Origin: Bigelowiella natans CCMP2755
Lineage: Eukaryota; Protista; Cercozoa
Direction of reading: 5' to 3'
Assembly: GCA_000320545.1 (NCBI GenBank)
Contig: ADNK01003500.1
Coordinates: forward strand, 1-64,000
Length of the DNA: 64,000 bases
The notes beneath the pieces were generated by a model. The model did no database searches, was not told the origin of the DNA, and saw only the letters and a program-made list of their open reading frames with translations. Below, one piece after another: positions 59,120 to 64,000 of this stretch (positions are counted from its first letter, which is position 1; the number at the start of each line of letters is the position of its first letter). A program made the translations under genes and the position numbers.

Positions 59120-59522
59120 ACATGTATAACCTTGCAGCACAAGCAGCAGCAACGTGGAGGGAGAGGGGGAGGACCGAACTGGTTCAACACTGCCGTCAAG
59201 TCAGAGGCACGCCGCACTATTGAAAATCATGTCAAAAGGCTGCTCAAGCAAATTTCAAGCAAGGTGGTAGTAGAGAACATTAGTAACATTATGGACTAAC
59301 CTTGTGGTAGTAGGTGTACCATATACGCACCTAGGATGATGAATGTTGCCTTCATTTTGTAAAACACCCTTTCTGTTCACAGGGCAAATCCCTAAACCAA
59401 AGGACTCGCTTAAGCACACAAAATACTTTAATACGCCTTTTGACCATTTCCATGCACTACCCTTACTGTCGGATTGTGGCCTCAAAGGTGATATTTAAAA
59501 GAACATAGTGAATATGGTTGTG

Positions 59523-59592
<70 letters not shown>

Positions 59593-60528
59593 TCACAAAT
59601 GTTGACGACATGGCAACACTCAAACAATACGCTCTTTCTCTCCCAGCACCTTTCCGATTGGATATCCGCAATAGGGACAAGAAATGCGGCTCAAAAACTA
59701 CTCACATCGCTAACTCAAGCTGCAAGTTAGTAGCTCACTTCTAACTCACATGACACCCATCAATCAATAAACATAGGGTTTTTCTTCGTCGTTGTCGTTT
59801 TGATCGAACATTGGTGTTGGTAGATTCGGGGTATTTCATAGTTGATGCAGCCGATACCGCAGTTGCGAGAGATATCTTCGTCATGTCTTTGGTACTTCTA
59901 TAGTAAGGAAGAGAGTAGGAAAAGGGAATGATCGATTTTTATGCCGCTTTTCACAAAATTTATCTCTTCTCCACCTTCTTTTCCCCTTACTTTTATGAGT
60001 CTCTCGTGCATATGATACAATAATCATAAAAATACTTGTAATAATAATCATAATGGCAATTGGTTGGGGTGATGGTGATGGCATCAATAAACACATTCCT
60101 TCTTCTTTCACTTTCACTTTCAATATAGTACTTACATGCTGATGTGCGGTTGTGACATCAACTACTACTTACTACTCATAATATAGAATATCGGTGGCAG
60201 TGGGAACAACAACAACAACAACAATAGCAGCAACAATGCCATTGGTTCCCTGCGTTTAAGGGTACAAGCGTGTGCCCGAGCATTGCTTCGTTTCCCTGTT
60301 CATTTCGAGGTAAATAGCAATAATAATGCACCCAACTACCAACACGAGGATATCAATACATCTCACTCGTTATCTTCCTCACCAACATCGTCATATCACC
60401 AGTATTGTCTTCTTCTTCTTCATCATCATCATATCAGGCGGGACTATCAATCCTGCTGCAAATGTACCCATCTGCTCTATTCCTCAAACGGGAGGCTCTC
60501 CCCCTCGTATGTTCATGCCGGCCATTAA

Positions 60529-60564
<36 letters not shown>

Positions 60565-60567
60565 CAC

Positions 60568-60606
<39 letters not shown>

Positions 60607-61037
60607 TTATGGGCATGATATTTTGTGATTGATTCCTGGTGGTGTGTTTGTCGTAAGGTGGATACGCTCTTGTTCTCACAACCGAATGCAAGGGATTTGG
60701 GTCGAGCGCTAGGTGAAGAAGAAGAACAAGAAGAAGAAGAAGAAGAAGATTATGATGTTAATGATAGTGACTACTTAGTCAACAGCAACCGACTTCGATA
60801 TAGATTAGCTGCTACATTACGAACAAACAAGAGACGATTCAGAGCTAATGCTTCGAGCATCTTCATCATCATCATCACCATCAGCATCTCTTTCTTATTT
60901 TTGCATCATCATCATCGTCGACGTATTATTCATCATTCTGTATAGGATCGAGCTTTCAAAAAAACCTGCATGGCCTCATGGATAGTGATGTGAAACTCTT
61001 TGACAAGATGAAAGTCATCTTGTACAGGTCATGACCT

Positions 61038-61069
<32 letters not shown>

Positions 61070-62312
61070 TATCATCATAATAACAACAACGACAACATCA
61101 TCGAATCTGGAGTGAATCGATATGGCATGGAAGAGCACATAGAGACTGGCATGCTTACCACCCCCCATAGCGGCTAACGTTTGCGAATACTTTTTAGAGC
61201 ATTTTCAGTTACACCGAACATATTGGAGCTGTTGGAAGTATTTGTCCTAGCAATCACCACGGTATCGTCGTCATCATCGTCGTCATCATCATCATCATCA
61301 TCATTATGTAATTTATCTGGAAAGATTGTCCCTCGACACTACTATCAGTTGAAGTGTTATATATAACGGAACGGTGGTCCACATCGCTTGATGATGGTGA
61401 TGTATAATGCAAAAAGGTGGAGAAAAACCTGCGACCTTCTCACCCGTTCAACGGAGAGGCCAATGGAATCAACTTGCATAGCAGGGAGATTATCATTAAA
61501 GGAGTGGTAATGAGTGTAGAAATACGAAACAACAACAACAACAATAAGAGAAAAAATAAAGCAGTACTACACTACAAACGATTGCTTTATGATAACAAAG
61601 ATAACAACCACTAATATAAGTTAAGCACTGCAAAATAATGATCTAATTGCGTCGAACAACTTAGCCTGTTTAGTCCTTTCTATTTGTTGGGATTTCTCCT
61701 CTCTACATGATAATTAGTATTCTCTCTGCACTGTTTCTCCTTATCTTCTTCTTCTTCATCTTCCTTTCTTGATTGATGATGGTTTTACTACTTCTTCATT
61801 ATAATGTGTTGGGTAGGTTGATTTAGTAACTTTAGCATTCCTGGCCTCTGCCGAACGTCATCTCAAACTGTAATAAGCATAACTTTTAGCTAGGACAATC
61901 TCTCGTCAAATAACTCACCTTAAGATCACATGCCTTAGCTCTTAGTGCCATCCATCATCATTCATGATGATGCTCGTTGTTAGTGTTATCATCATCATCG
62001 TCATCATCATCATCATCACTCTCATCATCATCATCATCATCGTCAGGTTACCGAATACGTACATAGCATTGACGTCTCCAGAATGGCTGCGAGACTACCA
62101 TGTATACAGGCCTCCTCCCCCCCCTCTTAATCCCGCATCTTCTGGTCCTCCTACTGCTGGTTCTGCTCGAGTAGACGAAGGCAAGAAGATGGCTGCTGCT
62201 ACAGTAAAAACAACAACAACAATGCAAACGACAGCGACCGTGACAAAAAAGGGGAAAGCTGCAATAACTGGCAACAAGGGGCACTCCCCTCCGGTAAAGA
62301 AGAAGAAGTGTA

Positions 62313-62365
<53 letters not shown>

Positions 62366-63005
62366 GAGAGAGAGAGCTTATGCATCATATCTGCATATTC
62401 TCACCTAGAAGATAGACAATAATGCCTGGGAACAACATCAACAATAACAACAACAACCAACCAACCAAAAGAAGGAGGAAGATATAGTGGAGCTAGCTCT
62501 CCGAGAAAAGGGGGGGGTAGGCAATTGCACGTTCCATTCAACGCTGCTACTTGAATAATGATGATGATGATGATGATGATGCTGTATTCCTTGCAACGAT
62601 ACTCATCACGATCTTCCTCCTCCTCCTCTTCCTCCTCCTCCCCCTCTTCCTCTTCCTCTTCCTTCTTATAAATCAACGATGCTATATTGTTACATAGATG
62701 ATAGCATTTACTCAGTCCCAGCACCAACTGCAGCACCAGCAACCACCCAAATTGCAGTTGAGCCTCTCCTCCCCAGCTGTTATCGATAGTCATAGAGGAG
62801 GAGGAGGAGGAGGGGGGGGAGGAGGAGGAACAGCGAGTGGCCTAGCATATATGACAACAACACCAACACCAACAACTTCTGCTATCGGTGGTGGTGATGG
62901 TGCTACTGATCCTACTACTGCGTCGTCATCATCATCCAAGAAACCATCTTTGACAACAGCTTTTGCCTCTGCAAGCTACGCAAGGTAATCAATACTTGGG
63001 GGATA

Positions 63006-63041
<36 letters not shown>

Positions 63042-63634
63042 ATGGTGACGACGATGTCTTCAATGATGCTATTCGTTAGACATTTCAGATATTTTAGGTA
63101 GATTATTGATCCACATCATCATCATCATTTCCATGATCATCGTTGTGCACAAAATATGTTCTTCGTCGTTATTATACCAATAGCCTTGTCGCATATCGGG
63201 AGAGTGTAGCCAATGCTCAGAGGCACGCAGTGGTAGATCATCATCAGCAGCAGCAGCAGCAGGAGCAGCATTCTTCTGATCTTATCCATAATAACTTACA
63301 AAAACAATCATGATACTAAGTAGTAAGAACGCCCATGGTAGTAGCAATAGTAGTAATAGTAGTATAATCTTGCCTGTATATGGAGAGAGTAGTATACGTG
63401 ATGATTGTGTGCTGCTTAGATTAATGTTTTTGGTCTGTGTTGTTGTGGCGTTGTTGTACTTGATAGGTTTGGCTGACGACTTTTGGAATGCCTTACTTAC
63501 CGTTGGCCAACGAGCAAACTCTGACACAGATGCTAGTGCAGCTGTACGATGACGATTATATTGATCATAACGACGACGACGACGATGATGATGATGATAA
63601 TGAATATGAGCCTCCGTATCCGAAGAAGAAGAAT

Positions 63635-63668
<34 letters not shown>

Positions 63669-64000
63669 GGAGGAGGAGGAGGAGGAGGAGGATGATGCTT
63701 TAGTGTTGAATAATCTCATCTTGATTTCACGATGTTCAATCCTTGAACGAGCAATGACAACTTGCGGTCTCTTTCTTTTCTCTGTTGTTATGATGTGTCG
63801 TCGTCGTCAGGTTATTCATTCATCTTAACCCCTATTCGCATCCAATCAACAAGCTCTTTGCTTTCAAGAACAACAACGCTCCGCAGCGCCATTCCAATTC
63901 GAAGCAAGGTGAGTTACAACATCATGTGTGAATGAAGGTGTTGTGAAGAAGAAGGAAGTTGGTTTCTTTCATCGTCACACACATATCAATAATAACTTAC
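58068..64000 (+). CDS. INTS1: Integrator complex subunit 1-like, 3' end outside window
   Basis: VFIAAILSRIIEGMEPPWPEDLALAYVED..WSSHPEIEAFNAKIRTVF resembles INTS1 WPExFVKVYIED..W.D.P..K.FVxNIxTAF. The later YRESVANAQRHAV resembles INTS1 FQxQIAxIQRDAV. Start uncertain. Confidence 0.6.

Overview
Eukaryotic nuclear DNA from an intron-rich microbial eukaryote; the AROM, KATNAL2, HOOK and Integrator content fits a flagellate protist, but the lineage is not determined. Ten spliced genes can be reconstructed by eye: TTI1-like (-, partial), pentafunctional AROM (+), RPA34-like (-), WDHD1/Ctf4 (+), an unknown secreted protein (-), CDC123 (+), KATNAL2 (-), a flavin amine oxidase (-), a HOOK-family protein (+) and INTS1-like (+, partial). 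Introns are saturated with microsatellites, which create most of the short ORFs in the track. Two things stand out. (1) Intergenic islands (56.6-58.0 kb and 41.2-42.1 kb, weaker at 13.5, 20.5 and 33.3 kb) are almost free of TpA, and the surviving TpA is nearly all in CTAG. This looks like the footprint of a context-specific, region-targeted TA->TG/CA mutator acting opposite to RIP or CpG decay. (2) The AROM keeps its frame and all five domains, but the DHQ synthase and EPSP synthase domains have lost many invariant catalytic residues, while the kinase and dehydratase look intact and the dehydrogenase is altered. Gene boundaries are manual estimates, counts are hand counts, and residue comparisons use remembered consensus sequences rather than computed alignments.
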